From contig CAWCMR010000015.1 of assembly GCA_963796685.1 (NCBI GenBank), positions 288,001 to 352,000 on the forward strand: DNA of 64,000 bases, in the 5' to 3' direction. The first letter of the stretch is position 1; each line of letters opens with the position of its first letter. Of this stretch, positions 1-9,710 are shown in pieces. Under the pieces are notes generated by a model that saw nothing but the letters and a program-made list of their open reading frames with translations, did not search any database and had not been told where the DNA came from. Both the position numbers and the translations under genes were made by a program. This DNA is from an uncultured delta proteobacterium. Lineage in GTDB: Bacteria; Myxococcota_A; Polyangia; Fen-1088.

Positions 1-1
1 C

Positions 2-415
2 GGCGCCGTGCCCAAGGACGGCCCATCGGCGGGCATCACCATGGCGTGCGTGCTCGTGTCGCTTGCCTCCGGCATTCCCATCCGGCGGGATGTGGCCATG
101 ACCGGCGAGCTCACGCTGCGCGGTCGGGTTCTTCCCGTAGGCGGTCTCAAGGAAAAGCTGTTGGCGGCCGCACGCGCCGGCATGCATGTCGCCATCGTGC
201 CCGCGGGCAATCTGGCCGAGCTGGGTGAGATCCCGGCTTTCCTACGCCAGCGCATCAAGCTGGAGCCCGTGCATTCCATGACCCAGGTCCTGGCCATCGC
301 CCTGGCCCGGCCCTTGCCGACGGCCAAGTGGCAGGCCGTGAGCCAAGCGGCCACGGCGGCGCGCCGCCAGCCGGGGAAGGACCTGACCCATCACCGCCGC
401 GGTGGAGCTGCCTGA
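2..415 (+). CDS. lon: ATP-dependent Lon protease, C-terminal protease domain (5' end outside window)
   Basis: PKDGPSAG catalytic Ser motif, MTGELTLRGRVLPVGGLKEK catalytic Lys motif. Confidence 0.95.
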   Translation, partial: GAVPKDGPSAGITMACVLVSLASGIPIRRDVAMTGELTLRGRVLPVGGLKEKLLAAARAGMHVAIVPAGNLAELGEIPAFLRQRIKLEPVHSMTQVLAIALARPLPTAKWQAVSQAATAARRQPGKDLTHHRRGGAA

Positions 416-418
416 GGA

Positions 419-510
419 CGCGACAGCGCGGAAGGTACGACCGGCCACGGCCACGACCACGACCACGACCACGGCCACGACCACGGCCACGGCCTTCTGC
501 GACTATCGCG
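419..510. repeat. Small intergenic element: imperfect terminal inverted repeats enclosing (GRCCAC)8 hexamer array
   Basis: 8 GGCCAC/GACCAC units at 443-490; CGCGACAGCGCGGAAGG (419-435) is imperfectly complementary to CCTTCTGCGACTATCGCG (493-510). Confidence 0.75.
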
Positions 511-557
511 GGAATATGCACTGGACCGTACCTTCGCGTGTGGGCAAAATCCGCCGC

Positions 558-1265
558 ATGAGGAAGACAGCCGCGCGCCACACCATCCTGCTCCTGGTCG
601 GTTCCGCATTCTTGTTGGCCTGCGGTCCCAGCATCGACAAGGCGGCCAAGTCCGACATCGATCAGCGCGTCGCCGTGCTTGCGCACACGGGCCAAACCTT
701 CCCAGCGCCCACATCCTTCGTGCCCAAGCCCTTGGCGATGGGGCAGTGGACGCAGTACAAGCTGGTGAACGACAAGGGCGAGCCGTCGCTGGTCACCTAC
801 AAGATCGTCGGCGAGGACAACGGCGCCTTCTGGGTGGAGATCGCGAACGAGAGCTACTACGGCAAGACGGTCATGAAGATTCTGCTCTTTCCAGGCGATC
901 GCATGAATCCCAGCACCATGGAGGTTCGCGCGGTCAAGATGAAGGACAAGAAGGGCCAAGTAACGGAAATCCAAGGGCCGATACTTCAGCTCATGAAATC
1001 CATGTGGCAAAGCTCGATCGACATGCTCGCGGTTTCGTGGCAAGGGTTGCCCCAGGAAAGCATGCCCGTCATCGCGGGCACCTTCATCGGGTGCTTCAAG
1101 GCGAGAACCGATGCCAGTTGGGGCATGTGGCATTCGGCTTCGATGACCTGGATGCACGCCCTCGTCCCCATCAGCGGTCTGGTCAAGAGCGCGGGCATCG
1201 ACCACCCCACGTCCATGGAGCTGGTCGGCTTCGGCGAAACCGGCGCGACCAGCGAGATCCCGTAA
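558..1265 (+). CDS. Hypothetical lipoprotein
   Basis: Signal peptide MRKTAARHTILLLVGSAFLLA-C with lipobox; the ORF-track extension from 402 runs through the hexamer repeat. Confidence 0.85.
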   Translation: MRKTAARHTILLLVGSAFLLACGPSIDKAAKSDIDQRVAVLAHTGQTFPAPTSFVPKPLAMGQWTQYKLVNDKGEPSLVTYKIVGEDNGAFWVEIANESYYGKTVMKILLFPGDRMNPSTMEVRAVKMKDKKGQVTEIQGPILQLMKSMWQSSIDMLAVSWQGLPQESMPVIAGTFIGCFKARTDASWGMWHSASMTWMHALVPISGLVKSAGIDHPTSMELVGFGETGATSEIP

Positions 1266-1284
1266 GGAGAGGGCGTAGAGATTT

Positions 1285-1311
1285 CTGAGCACGCAGAGAC
1301 AGCGCGTAAGG
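1285..1311 (+). repeat. Copy of the left end of the 412-435 repeat
   Basis: CTGAGCACGCAGAGACAGCGCGTAAGG vs CTGAGGACGC---GACAGCGCGGAAGG: 22/24 identical plus a 3-nt indel. Confidence 0.6.
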
Positions 1312-1344
1312 AGCTCGGGCTTCAACGCGAAGTCCACCCACCGG

Positions 1345-1458
1345 CGCCAGCCATGGTGATATGACTCTGAGCTGACGACAACCGCGGGACGCTGCTTGGT
1401 GGCGGTCTGGTCGGTGAATTGGAACGGCACGACGATGACGTCTCCGTCGGTAGGGCAT
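1345..1458 (-). pseudogene. PemK/MazF-family toxin remnant (frameshifted, truncated)
   Basis: MPYR then frameshift to GDVIVVPFQFTDQTATKQRPAVVVSSESYH, a PemK N-terminal signature; similarity is lost after about 35 codons. Confidence 0.8.
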
Positions 1459-1472
1459 GGTGCTATCGACCT

Positions 1473-1676
1473 TCAGATGTCGTTGTAGACGTCGTCCTCG
1501 GGATTGTCCCAGACCTTGGCGAAGGCGGGCACGGCCGCCGCAGTGGCGGCGTGGGCCAGCTCGCGATTGGTGTTTCGCGAGGAGAGGAAGTCGACGAAAT
1601 CCTCGACTTCTGCAACACGGGCAGGAAGCAGACGCGCGATCTTCTCGAAAAGCTGCTGAGGTGCGGGTGCGGCCAT
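1473..1676 (-). CDS. Type II antitoxin (DUF2281-like)
   Basis: 67 aa; LLPARVAEVEDFVDFL...FAKVWDNPEDDVYNDI pattern; directly upstream of the PemK remnant. Confidence 0.8.
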   Translation of the reverse strand: MAAPAPQQLFEKIARLLPARVAEVEDFVDFLSSRNTNRELAHAATAAAVPAFAKVWDNPEDDVYNDI

Positions 1677-1711
1677 GACGATCTCCGTTGGCAATTCCGA
1701 AACGGGATGCG

Positions 1712-2773
1712 TCAGCAGATCCTCGGCAACTGCTCGCCGCTGTGCATGTCCAGGATGCGCTTGGTGCCGATGCGGCTTTGTAGGGTGACCAGGGCGGCGG
1801 GTGATTCGGACACGACGCCGATGGCGGCGGCCGTCGCGGAAACCGGGTGGCTGTGGAGAATCTGCAGGGCGCGCTCGGCATCTGCGGAGGGGACGAAGGC
1901 GACGAAGCGGCCTTCGTTGGCCAGGTAGAGGGGGTCGAGGCCGAGGATCTCGCAGGCGCCGCACACGTTCTCCTCGACGGCGATGTCGCGCTCGGCGATG
2001 TCGATGTGCAACCGGCTCGATTCGGCGATCTCGATGAGCGTGGTGGCCAGGCCGCCGCGGGTCAGGTCGCGTAGGCAGTGGACCGCGATGCCGGCCGCGA
2101 ACAGGGCCAGCACGGGATCGGCGAGGGGGGCGCAGTCGGTTTCGATGGTGGTCTCGAATTGCAGGCCCTCGCGCACGGCCATGATGGCCACGCCGTGGCG
2201 GCCGACGTCGCCGCTGAGCAGGATGGCGTCGCCTGCGCGCACGCTGGTGGGCGCGATGACCAGGTTGTGCTCGACGACGCCGATGCCCGCGGTGTTGACG
2301 AACAGGCCGTCGCCCTTGCCGCGGTCCACGACCTTGGTGTCGCCGGTGACGATGCCGACGTTGGCGGCCTTGGCGGTGCGGGCCATGGAAGCCACCACGC
2401 GTTCGAGGGTGGCGATGGGCAGTCCTTCCTCCAGAATGAATCCCGCGGAGAGGCACAGCGGGCGTGCGCCACACATGGCCAGGTCGTTCACCGTGCCGGT
2501 GACGGCCAGGGTGCCGATGTCGCCGCCGGGAAAGAAGAGCGGGTGAACCACATAGGAGTCGGTGGTGAAGGCGAGCCGTCCCTTGTCGATCTTCATCACC
2601 GCGCCGTCGTGACGTGACTCGAGCGGCTGGTTGCCGAACGCGGGAAGGACGACGCGGTCGAGCAGACCGTGCATCATCCGGCCGCCACCGCCGTGGGCCA
2701 GGGTGACGAAATCCTGGTTGGTGATGGGGACGGGGCAGCTGACGGCGAAGGGCGCATCCGACTTGTCGGCCAT
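1712..2773 (-). CDS. hypE: Hydrogenase maturation protein HypE
   Basis: [30 protein letters not shown]-terminal PRIC. Confidence 0.97.
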   Translation of the reverse strand: MADKSDAPFAVSCPVPITNQDFVTLAHGGGGRMMHGLLDRVVLPAFGNQPLESRHDGAVMKIDKGRLAFTTDSYVVHPLFFPGGDIGTLAVTGTVNDLAMCGARPLCLSAGFILEEGLPIATLERVVASMARTAKAANVGIVTGDTKVVDRGKGDGLFVNTAGIGVVEHNLVIAPTSVRAGDAILLSGDVGRHGVAIMAVREGLQFETTIETDCAPLADPVLALFAAGIAVHCLRDLTRGGLATTLIEIAESSRLHIDIAERDIAVEENVCGACEILGLDPLYLANEGRFVAFVPSADAERALQILHSHPVSATAAAIGVVSESPAALVTLQSRIGTKRILDMHSGEQLPRIC

Positions 2774-2775
2774 GC

Positions 2776-3903
2776 TCAGCTCCGTTTCCCGGCGGCAAGG
2801 GCGGTCTGCGAGGTCTGTTGATGGCGTCGGTACTGGTAGTAGGCCGCGCACGCGCCTTCGCTCGAAACCATGGTGGCGCCGAGCGGCCGCTCGGGCGTGC
2901 AGCGCGTGCCGAAGGCCGGGCATTCTTGCGGCTTCTTCACCCCGCGCAGGACTTGCCCGCTGATGCACTCGGAATCCTCGTCGACGTGGTAACCGGCCAC
3001 GCCGAAGCGCGCCTCGGCGTCGTAGGCGGCGAATTCATCGCGCAGGGCATAGCCGCTGTTCGGGATTTCGCCCACCCCGCGCCACTTGCGCGGGACCACG
3101 CGGAAGACCTTTGCCATCAACCGTTGCGCGGGTCGATTCCCTTCGCGCTGCACCGAGCGCGCGTACTGGTTCTCGACCTCGGCGCGGCCCTGCTCGAGCT
3201 GCTGCACGCACATGAGGATCCCTTGCAGAATATCCACCGGCTCGAAGCCGGTCACCACGATGGGAACGCGGTATTTCGCGGCGAGGGGCAGGTACTCCTC
3301 GAAGCCCATCACCGTGCACACGTGCCCGGCGGCCAGGAACCCCTGGGTGCGGTTGTCGGGCGCGGCGAGAATCGCGGCCATGGCCGGCGGCACCAGCACG
3401 TGCGAGACCAAGACCGAGAAGTTCGGGAGCTTCTGCGCGTGGGCCTGGAACACGGCCATGGCGTTGGCCGGCGCGGTGGTCTCGAAGCCCACCGCGAAGA
3501 ACACGACTTGCCGTTCGGGATGGTCGCGCGCGACCTTCAGGGCATCGAGCGGCGAGTAGACGATGCGCACGTCGGCGCCCTTGGCCTTGACCGAGAACAG
3601 GTCGCCGCCGCTGCCCGGCACACGCAGCATGTCGCCGAAGGAGCAGAAGGTGACCTCGGGGCGCGCGGCGATCTGCAACGCCTTGTCGATGAGCTCGAGC
3701 GGGGTCACGCACACCGGGCAGCCCGGGCCGTGCAGCAGGGTGATGTGCCCGGGCAGAAGCTCGTCGATGCCGTACTTGACGATGCTGTGGGTCTGGCCGC
3801 CGCACACCTCCATGATCGACCACGGCTTGGTGGTGATGCGCGCGATGGCCTGGGCCAATCCCTCGGCCTTGGCCTGGTCGCGGTATTCGTCGACAAACTT
3901 CAT
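2776..3903 (-). CDS. hypD: Hydrogenase maturation protein HypD
   Basis: [35 protein letters not shown]. Confidence 0.97.
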   Translation of the reverse strand: MKFVDEYRDQAKAEGLAQAIARITTKPWSIMEVCGGQTHSIVKYGIDELLPGHITLLHGPGCPVCVTPLELIDKALQIAARPEVTFCSFGDMLRVPGSGGDLFSVKAKGADVRIVYSPLDALKVARDHPERQVVFFAVGFETTAPANAMAVFQAHAQKLPNFSVLVSHVLVPPAMAAILAAPDNRTQGFLAAGHVCTVMGFEEYLPLAAKYRVPIVVTGFEPVDILQGILMCVQQLEQGRAEVENQYARSVQREGNRPAQRLMAKVFRVVPRKWRGVGEIPNSGYALRDEFAAYDAEARFGVAGYHVDEDSECISGQVLRGVKKPQECPAFGTRCTPERPLGATMVSSEGACAAYYQYRRHQQTSQTALAAGKRS

Positions 3904-4151
3904 GTCTTGTTGTCCTCGAGCTCGCCCAGCTCGCCGATCTGGCGGAAGTATTCCAGGGTCTGCGCGGCCTCGGCCTCGTCGACCACGCTGATGGCGAAGC
4001 CGGCGTGCACCAGCACGTAGTCTCCGACTTTGGCCTCGGGGACGAAGGCCAGGCTGGCCTCCTTGCTGACACCGCCGAAGCTGACGGCGCCCATGCGCGT
4101 GGCGTCGTCACCGCTGATGCTGAGGATCTTTCCCGGGACCGCAAGACACAT
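3900..4151 (-). CDS. hypC: Hydrogenase chaperone HypC
   Basis: MCLAVPG N-terminus, [11 protein letters not shown]. Confidence 0.97.
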   Translation of the reverse strand: MCLAVPGKILSISGDDATRMGAVSFGGVSKEASLAFVPEAKVGDYVLVHAGFAISVVDEAEAAQTLEYFRQIGELGELEDNKT

Positions 4152-4153
4152 GC

Positions 4154-6460
4154 TCAATCCTTTCGCGCTTCATGCGCCGCTTGCGCCGCCATGATCTGTC
4201 CCAGCGCGAGGCCGCCGTCGTTGGGCGGCACGCGCTGATGCCAGTACGGACGATAACCCGCGCCGAGCAAGCGCGACACCATGCGCTCGGTCAAATAGCG
4301 GTTCTGAAAGCAGCCACCGCTCAGCACGATGTTGGTCTCGCCGATTCGCGTCGCTACGTCGACCGCCATGTCCACGAGGGTGTTGTGAAAGCGGGCCGAC
4401 GCACGCGCAACGTCGATCCCCGGCTCGGCCAGCACGGCGCGCACCATGGGCTCCCAGTCCAGCCACAGGGTTTCGCCCTCGCCGCGCAGGACATAGGGAT
4501 AGGAATCGTCCACGTTCACGTCGGCCAAGGCAAATTCCAGCTCCATGGCTGCTTGACCTTCGAAGCTGGCTGCTTGACGCAGGTTCAGCAGCGAGGCGAA
4601 GGCGTCGAACAGGCGGCCGGCGCTGGAGGTGGTGGGCGTGTTGAGGCGCTGGCGCAGCATGGTCCGCAGGGTCCCGAGCTCGGCCGGCGAGAACGAACAC
4701 AGCGTCGGAAGGTCGAGGGCAAAGGCCTTGTCGCCGAAGACTTCGTAGAGAATGGCCAGCGCCACCCGGCGCGGCTCGCGCACGGCCTTGGCGTTGCCGG
4801 GCAAGAGGAAGGGGCGAATATGGGCAACCCGGCGAAAGCCCGCGCCCGTCACGTGCAGAAATTCGCCCCCCCACACCGTGCCGTCGCTGCCCAGGCCGCT
4901 GCCATCCCAGGCAATCCCCAGCACGGGCGGGCGCAGCCGATTCTCGGCCATGCAGGCGAGGACGTGTGCGTGGTGGTGTTGCACCTTGACCACGGGCAGA
5001 CACGAACGTTCGGCATGTTGGGTCGAGAGGTAGTCCGGGTGTAGGTCGCAGGCGAGGGTCGTGGGTGTGAAGGCATAGAGGCTTTGGAAGGCGTCGATGA
5101 CCGACACGAAGGCTTGATGCGATTCCGCGGTCTCTAAATCGCCGATGTGTTGGCTGATGAACACCTGCGTGCCGAGGGCCGCGGCGATGGTGTTCTTCTG
5201 GTGCCCGCCGACGGCGAGCACGGGCGCAAGCTCGTGGTCGACGGAGATGGGCAGGGGGGCGAAGCCGCGGGCGCGGCGGAGAACCAGCTCGCGCCCAGCC
5301 ACTTCGCGCACGATTGAATCGTCCACGTGACGCAAAATGGGTCGGTCGTGGACCAGGAAGACCTCGGCGATGCCACGCAGCCGTTCGACGGCTTCGTGCT
5401 CGTCGGTGCACATGGGCTCTTCGGAGAGGTTGCCGCTGGTGGCGACGACCGGAAACCCGAGCTCGCGCAATAACAGGTGGTGCAGCGGCGTGCCTGGCAG
5501 CATCACCCCCAAGGTCGGATTCCCCGGCGCGACGGATTTGGCGATGTCGCTGGGGCCCGGCAGGCGCGAAAGCAGGACGATGGGACGTTCGGGCGAACGC
5601 AGCAACCGTCGCTCGACCTCGGAGGCCGAGCAGGTGCGCAGGGCCTGCACGAGGTCGACGGCCATGATGGCGAAGGGCTTTTCCTCGCGCCGCTTGCGCT
5701 CGCGCAGCTCGCGCACGGCGGTCTCGTTTCGCGCATCCACCATCAGGTGAAATCCGCCCAGCCCCTTCACGGCGGCGATCTTCCCGGCGCGAATCGCGCC
5801 GGCCGCCGCCACCAGCGCCTCGTGCTTTTGCGCGCTCTCGACGCCGTCGCCGTTCCACAGCGCAAGCTGCGGGCCGCAGGCCGGGCATGCGTTGGGCTGG
5901 GCGTGGAACCGCCGGTCCGCCGGATCGCGGTACTCGAGCGCGCACTCGGCACACATCGTGAAGCGGGCCATGGTGGTGGCCGCGCGGTCGTAGGGCAGGC
6001 CGGCGATGATGCTGAAGCGCGGTCCGCAGTGGGTGCAATTGGTGAACGGGTAGCGATAGCGGCGATTGGCGGGATCGAGGATGTCGTTCAGGCACAGGGG
6101 GCAGGTGGCCAGGTCGGGCAGCACCAAGGCGCGCTTTTCGCCACCTGTGCTGGCGCGAATCTCGAACCCTGAATAGCCGACGGGATCCAGGAACGTCGCC
6201 TCCAGGCTCTGGATGATGGCGATGTCGGGTTTGTCGTCCTCAAGCCTGCGCACGAGCTCGCGCACCCTCTGCGCTTGGCCTTCGGCCTCGACGAACACGC
6301 CAGCGGCCGAGTTGTTGACCCAGCCACGCAGTCCGAGCTCTCGCGCCAGCCTGTAGACGAAGGGCCTGAACCCGACGCCTTGGACCGCGCCGCGAATGGC
6401 GACGTGGACGCGCACGGCGTCGGGCACGGAGTCGGGCACGGTTGGCTGAGCGGGCGCCAC
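4154..6460 (-). CDS. hypF: Carbamoyltransferase HypF
   Basis: Acylphosphatase GAVQGVGFRPF, two CxxC zinc fingers, KGLGGFH, QHHHAH, NDGGLALGQ. Confidence 0.97.
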   Translation of the reverse strand: MAPAQPTVPDSVPDAVRVHVAIRGAVQGVGFRPFVYRLARELGLRGWVNNSAAGVFVEAEGQAQRVRELVRRLEDDKPDIAIIQSLEATFLDPVGYSGFEIRASTGGEKRALVLPDLATCPLCLNDILDPANRRYRYPFTNCTHCGPRFSIIAGLPYDRAATTMARFTMCAECALEYRDPADRRFHAQPNACPACGPQLALWNGDGVESAQKHEALVAAAGAIRAGKIAAVKGLGGFHLMVDARNETAVRELRERKRREEKPFAIMAVDLVQALRTCSASEVERRLLRSPERPIVLLSRLPGPSDIAKSVAPGNPTLGVMLPGTPLHHLLLRELGFPVVATSGNLSEEPMCTDEHEAVERLRGIAEVFLVHDRPILRHVDDSIVREVAGRELVLRRARGFAPLPISVDHELAPVLAVGGHQKNTIAAALGTQVFISQHIGDLETAESHQAFVSVIDAFQSLYAFTPTTLACDLHPDYLSTQHAERSCLPVVKVQHHHAHVLACMAENRLRPPVLGIAWDGSGLGSDGTVWGGEFLHVTGAGFRRVAHIRPFLLPGNAKAVREPRRVALAILYEVFGDKAFALDLPTLCSFSPAELGTLRTMLRQRLNTPTTSSAGRLFDAFASLLNLRQAASFEGQAAMELEFALADVNVDDSYPYVLRGEGETLWLDWEPMVRAVLAEPGIDVARASARFHNTLVDMAVDVATRIGETNIVLSGGCFQNRYLTERMVSRLLGAGYRPYWHQRVPPNDGGLALGQIMAAQAAHEARKD

Positions 6461-6552
6461 GCCGGCAATCTACCTCAAGATGCCAATGACTTTGGTCGAT
6501 CCGTGCTCCTTTGCGGTATCGTTCGTATCCTCACCGCGCCCGAGGAGGACCG

Positions 6553-7617
6553 ATGCGAGCAGTCAGTCGTTTCGCGCTCATGACGTTGCTTCTGATTCTC
6601 CAGGCATGCGGCAGCAGCTCGCACGGTCAGGGGACGGGCACCGGGGGCGCAAACGGCACGGGAGGCGTGACGGCCAGCGGCGGGGTACCGGGCGGCGGCG
6701 GGTCTGGCACGGGTGGAGCGCTCGGTGGTACTGGCGGCGCGACGAAGGGCAGTGGAGGCTCGATGGGGATCGGCGGAACGAGCAGCGCTGGCGGCACAGG
6801 AAGCGGCGGCGTGGGTGGTGGAACGGGCGGCAAGGCCGGCGGCGGTGTGACAGGAAGCGGCGGCGACAGCGCCGGCGGATCCACCGGCCCCGACGGGGGC
6901 GGTACCACGGTCTGCAAGCGAGGCATCGCCGCGAACACGGCGCCCGACCCCGCGTTCTTCCCCGCGGTTGCGTGGTGGTACAACTGGGCCGCGCAAGGCA
7001 GCGGCTCGAGCGGCATGGAATTCGTGCCCATGCTCTGGGGCAAGGACAGTCTGAGCTCCAGCATTCCGGCCGGGTCGAAGTACCTGCTCACCTTCAACGA
7101 GCCCAATTTCATGGCCCAGTCGAACCTGACCGCCGCCCAGGCCGCCAGCTACTGGCCCACCATCCAGACCAAGGCAGCCGGGATTCCCATCGTCGGTCCA
7201 GGCATGAATTTCTGCGGCCCCGCGAACCAGTGCAACGGCACCGATCCCTATCAGTATCTGACGGACTTCTTCGCTGCGTGCCCGACCTGCGAGGTCGATT
7301 ACGTCGCGGTCCACTGGTACAACTGCGACTTGCCGTCGCTCAAGGACTACCTGGAGCCCGGCGGCAGCCTGGCCGGCTTCGAGCAATTCGGCAAGCCGAT
7401 CTGGCTGACCGAATTTTCCTGCGACACGACTGCCTCGGCGGCCCAGCAAGAAGCCTACATGCGCGCCGCGATCCCGTACCTCGAAGGCAATCCCAGGGTG
7501 TTCCGTTATTCCTGGTTCAGCGCCGACCCGATCCCGAACGCCAAGCTCGTCAACAGCGACGGCTCGCCCACGGCGCTCGGACAAGTGTACATGGGCTTGC
7601 CCCAGAGCTGCCGCTGA
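6553..7617 (+). CDS. GH128 (Glyco_hydro_cc) beta-1,3-glucanase-like lipoprotein with Gly-rich linker
   Basis: GGAGGA RBS; lipobox LQA-C; about 100-aa Gly/Thr/Ser linker; WWYNW, EFVPMLWG, FNEPN, HWY, PIWLTEF, RYSWF motifs. Confidence 0.88.
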   Translation: MRAVSRFALMTLLLILQACGSSSHGQGTGTGGANGTGGVTASGGVPGGGGSGTGGALGGTGGATKGSGGSMGIGGTSSAGGTGSGGVGGGTGGKAGGGVTGSGGDSAGGSTGPDGGGTTVCKRGIAANTAPDPAFFPAVAWWYNWAAQGSGSSGMEFVPMLWGKDSLSSSIPAGSKYLLTFNEPNFMAQSNLTAAQAASYWPTIQTKAAGIPIVGPGMNFCGPANQCNGTDPYQYLTDFFAACPTCEVDYVAVHWYNCDLPSLKDYLEPGGSLAGFEQFGKPIWLTEFSCDTTASAAQQEAYMRAAIPYLEGNPRVFRYSWFSADPIPNAKLVNSDGSPTALGQVYMGLPQSCR

Positions 7618-7672
7618 CGTGCGACGTAAACGCACGTCGTTCCTCCGTCGAGAAAAAAGATCATCACGGGAC

Positions 7673-7710
7673 TTGCCAAATCGGAGCCGATTCGTTACGT
7701 TTTTCACGTG
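7673..7710 (+). promoter_or_regulatory. Sigma70-like promoter of the hox operon with an overlapping Rex-like box
   Basis: TTGCCA-N17-TACGTT; TTCGTTACGTTTTTCACGTG (7691-7710) resembles TTCGTGAA-N4-TTCACGAA. Confidence 0.45.
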
Positions 7711-7878
7711 CGCAGTGCTTGCGCCATGGATCGTGGTTCCGTGTAGGTCTAGTTTGGGTTCAGTGTAGTTTCGACAGTTTGAGTAACTAGCCCGAATCGC
7801 GAAGCGGCGGAAACCGTGTTTCCGTCGGGGTTCGGGGACGGTAGTCCGACTCGACGAGAGTCAGAAGCAGGAAGGGCC

Positions 7879-9708
7879 ATGGCAGACAACTCCGGTGTCA
7901 CTAGGCAGATCTGCGAGAGGTTCGGCAACGACAAGGGCCGGCTGATGGACATCTTCTTGAATGTCCAGGCGGAGGCCGGGTGCATCGCCTCCGGCGCCCT
8001 GGACGACATCGCCAAATCCCTATCGATCGGCCGGGTCGAGGTCGAAAGCGCGGCGACGTTTTACGCCTTCTTTTCGCGCGAGCCGCGCGGGCGATTCGTG
8101 ATCCGTCTGTGCAACGACATCATCGATCAGATCAAGGGCATGGACCGCATCGCCGCGGCCTTCCGCGCCGAGCTGGGAATCGACTTCGGCCAGACCACGC
8201 CCGACGGCCTGTTTTCCCTCGAATACACGCCTTGTATCGGCATGTGCGATCAGGCCCCGGCGCTGCTCGTCAACCACAAGGTCGTCACCCGCGTGTCCAC
8301 GGACATGGTGCACGAGATCGTGCAGACCCTGCGTGCCACCAAGAACCTGGAACAGCTCAAGCTCACCCTCGGGGACGGCAACAACGGCCATCCTCTCGTG
8401 CGTTCGATGGTGGTCAACAATCTGCGCGAGCCCGGCGCAGTGGTGTTCGCGCCGTCGACGCCTGGGGTCGCGTTGCAACGTGCGCTGTCCGAGCAGCCCG
8501 TCGAGCTCATCAAGATCGTCAAGGCGTCGCGCTTGCGCGGGCGTGGGGGCGCCGGTTTCCCGACCGGGATGAAGTGGGAATTCACCCGCGGCGCCGCCGG
8601 CGAGCGCAAGTTCGTGGTGTGCAATGCCGACGAGGGCGAGCCGGGGACGTTCAAGGACCGCGTGATCCTCACCGAGGCCGCGGGGCTGATGTTCGAGGGC
8701 ATGACCATCGCGGGTTATGCCATCGGCGCCAGCGAGGGCATCGTGTACCTGCGCGGCGAGTACGCCTACTTGCTGCAATTCCTCGAGGAGATCCTGGCCA
8801 AGCGGCGTGCCGCCGGATTGCTCGGCCGCGACATTCTCGGCAAATCGGGATTCAAGTTCGACATTCGCATCCAGCTTGGCGCCGGCGCCTACGTGTGCGG
8901 CGAGGAGACCGCGCTGCTCAGCTCGTGCGAAGGCAAGGCCGGCGACCCCAAGACCCGGCCGCCCTTCCCGGCGCAAAGGGGATATCTCGGCATGCCCACG
9001 GTGATCAACAACGTCGAGACCTTCTGTGCCGTTGCCCGCATCATCGAGAACGGCACGGGCTGGTTTACGTCGATGGGCACCCAGGGCAGCGCCGGCACCA
9101 AGGTGTTCAGCGTGTCCGGAGACTGCAACAGCCCCGGGGTCTACGAGCTTCCCTTCGGCATCACGGTCAGCGATCTGCTCGCCCGCGTGGGCGCGACCGA
9201 CACGCAAGCCGTGCAGGTGGGCGGCGCGTCCGGCCGCATGATCGGGCCGGCGGAATTCGGGCGCAAGCTGTGCTACGACGACCTCGCCACCGGCGGCTCG
9301 GTGATGGTGTTCGGGGCTGGGCGTGACGTGCTCGCCATCGCCCACGCCTTCATGGAGTTCTTCGTCGAGGAAAGCTGCGGCTACTGCACGCCCTGCCGGG
9401 TCGGCACGAGCCTGCTGTGCGAGAGGCTCGGGCGGTTCCTGGGCGGGAACGCAAGCCTGGCGGACATCGACTACCTGGAGAAGACCGGCAAAACCATGAA
9501 GACCGCCAGCCGCTGTGGTCTCGGGCAGACCGCAGCCAATCCGGTGCTGGGAACGATTCAAAGCTTCCGCAAAGAATACGAACGCAGGGTCAAGAGCAAC
9601 GGAAGCACGTTCGTTTCGTCGTTCGATCCCAGCAAGGCGGTGGCGATGGCGGCCGGGCTGGCAGGGCACGCATCCGAACATTTCGCCACCCAGAAAGGCG
9701 GGGTGTAG
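7879..9708 (+). CDS. hoxF: NAD-reducing hydrogenase diaphorase subunit HoxF (NuoE-like + NuoF-like)
   Basis: ATFY, CIGMCDQAP, GRGGAGFPTG, NADEGEPGTFKDR, ESCGYCTPCR. Confidence 0.93.
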   Translation: MADNSGVTRQICERFGNDKGRLMDIFLNVQAEAGCIASGALDDIAKSLSIGRVEVESAATFYAFFSREPRGRFVIRLCNDIIDQIKGMDRIAAAFRAELGIDFGQTTPDGLFSLEYTPCIGMCDQAPALLVNHKVVTRVSTDMVHEIVQTLRATKNLEQLKLTLGDGNNGHPLVRSMVVNNLREPGAVVFAPSTPGVALQRALSEQPVELIKIVKASRLRGRGGAGFPTGMKWEFTRGAAGERKFVVCNADEGEPGTFKDRVILTEAAGLMFEGMTIAGYAIGASEGIVYLRGEYAYLLQFLEEILAKRRAAGLLGRDILGKSGFKFDIRIQLGAGAYVCGEETALLSSCEGKAGDPKTRPPFPAQRGYLGMPTVINNVETFCAVARIIENGTGWFTSMGTQGSAGTKVFSVSGDCNSPGVYELPFGITVSDLLARVGATDTQAVQVGGASGRMIGPAEFGRKLCYDDLATGGSVMVFGAGRDVLAIAHAFMEFFVEESCGYCTPCRVGTSLLCERLGRFLGGNASLADIDYLEKTGKTMKTASRCGLGQTAANPVLGTIQSFRKEYERRVKSNGSTFVSSFDPSKAVAMAAGLAGHASEHFATQKGGV

Positions 9709-9710
9709 CC

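Noticed and set aside
402-557. Poly-Thr N-terminal extension of the lipoprotein
   Set aside because: It is the hexamer repeat; the signal peptide starts at 558
8020-9681. Long antisense ORFs (here and at 22752-24362, 40426-42330, etc.)
   Set aside because: Shadow ORFs expected from high GC3 codon bias; no motifs recognised
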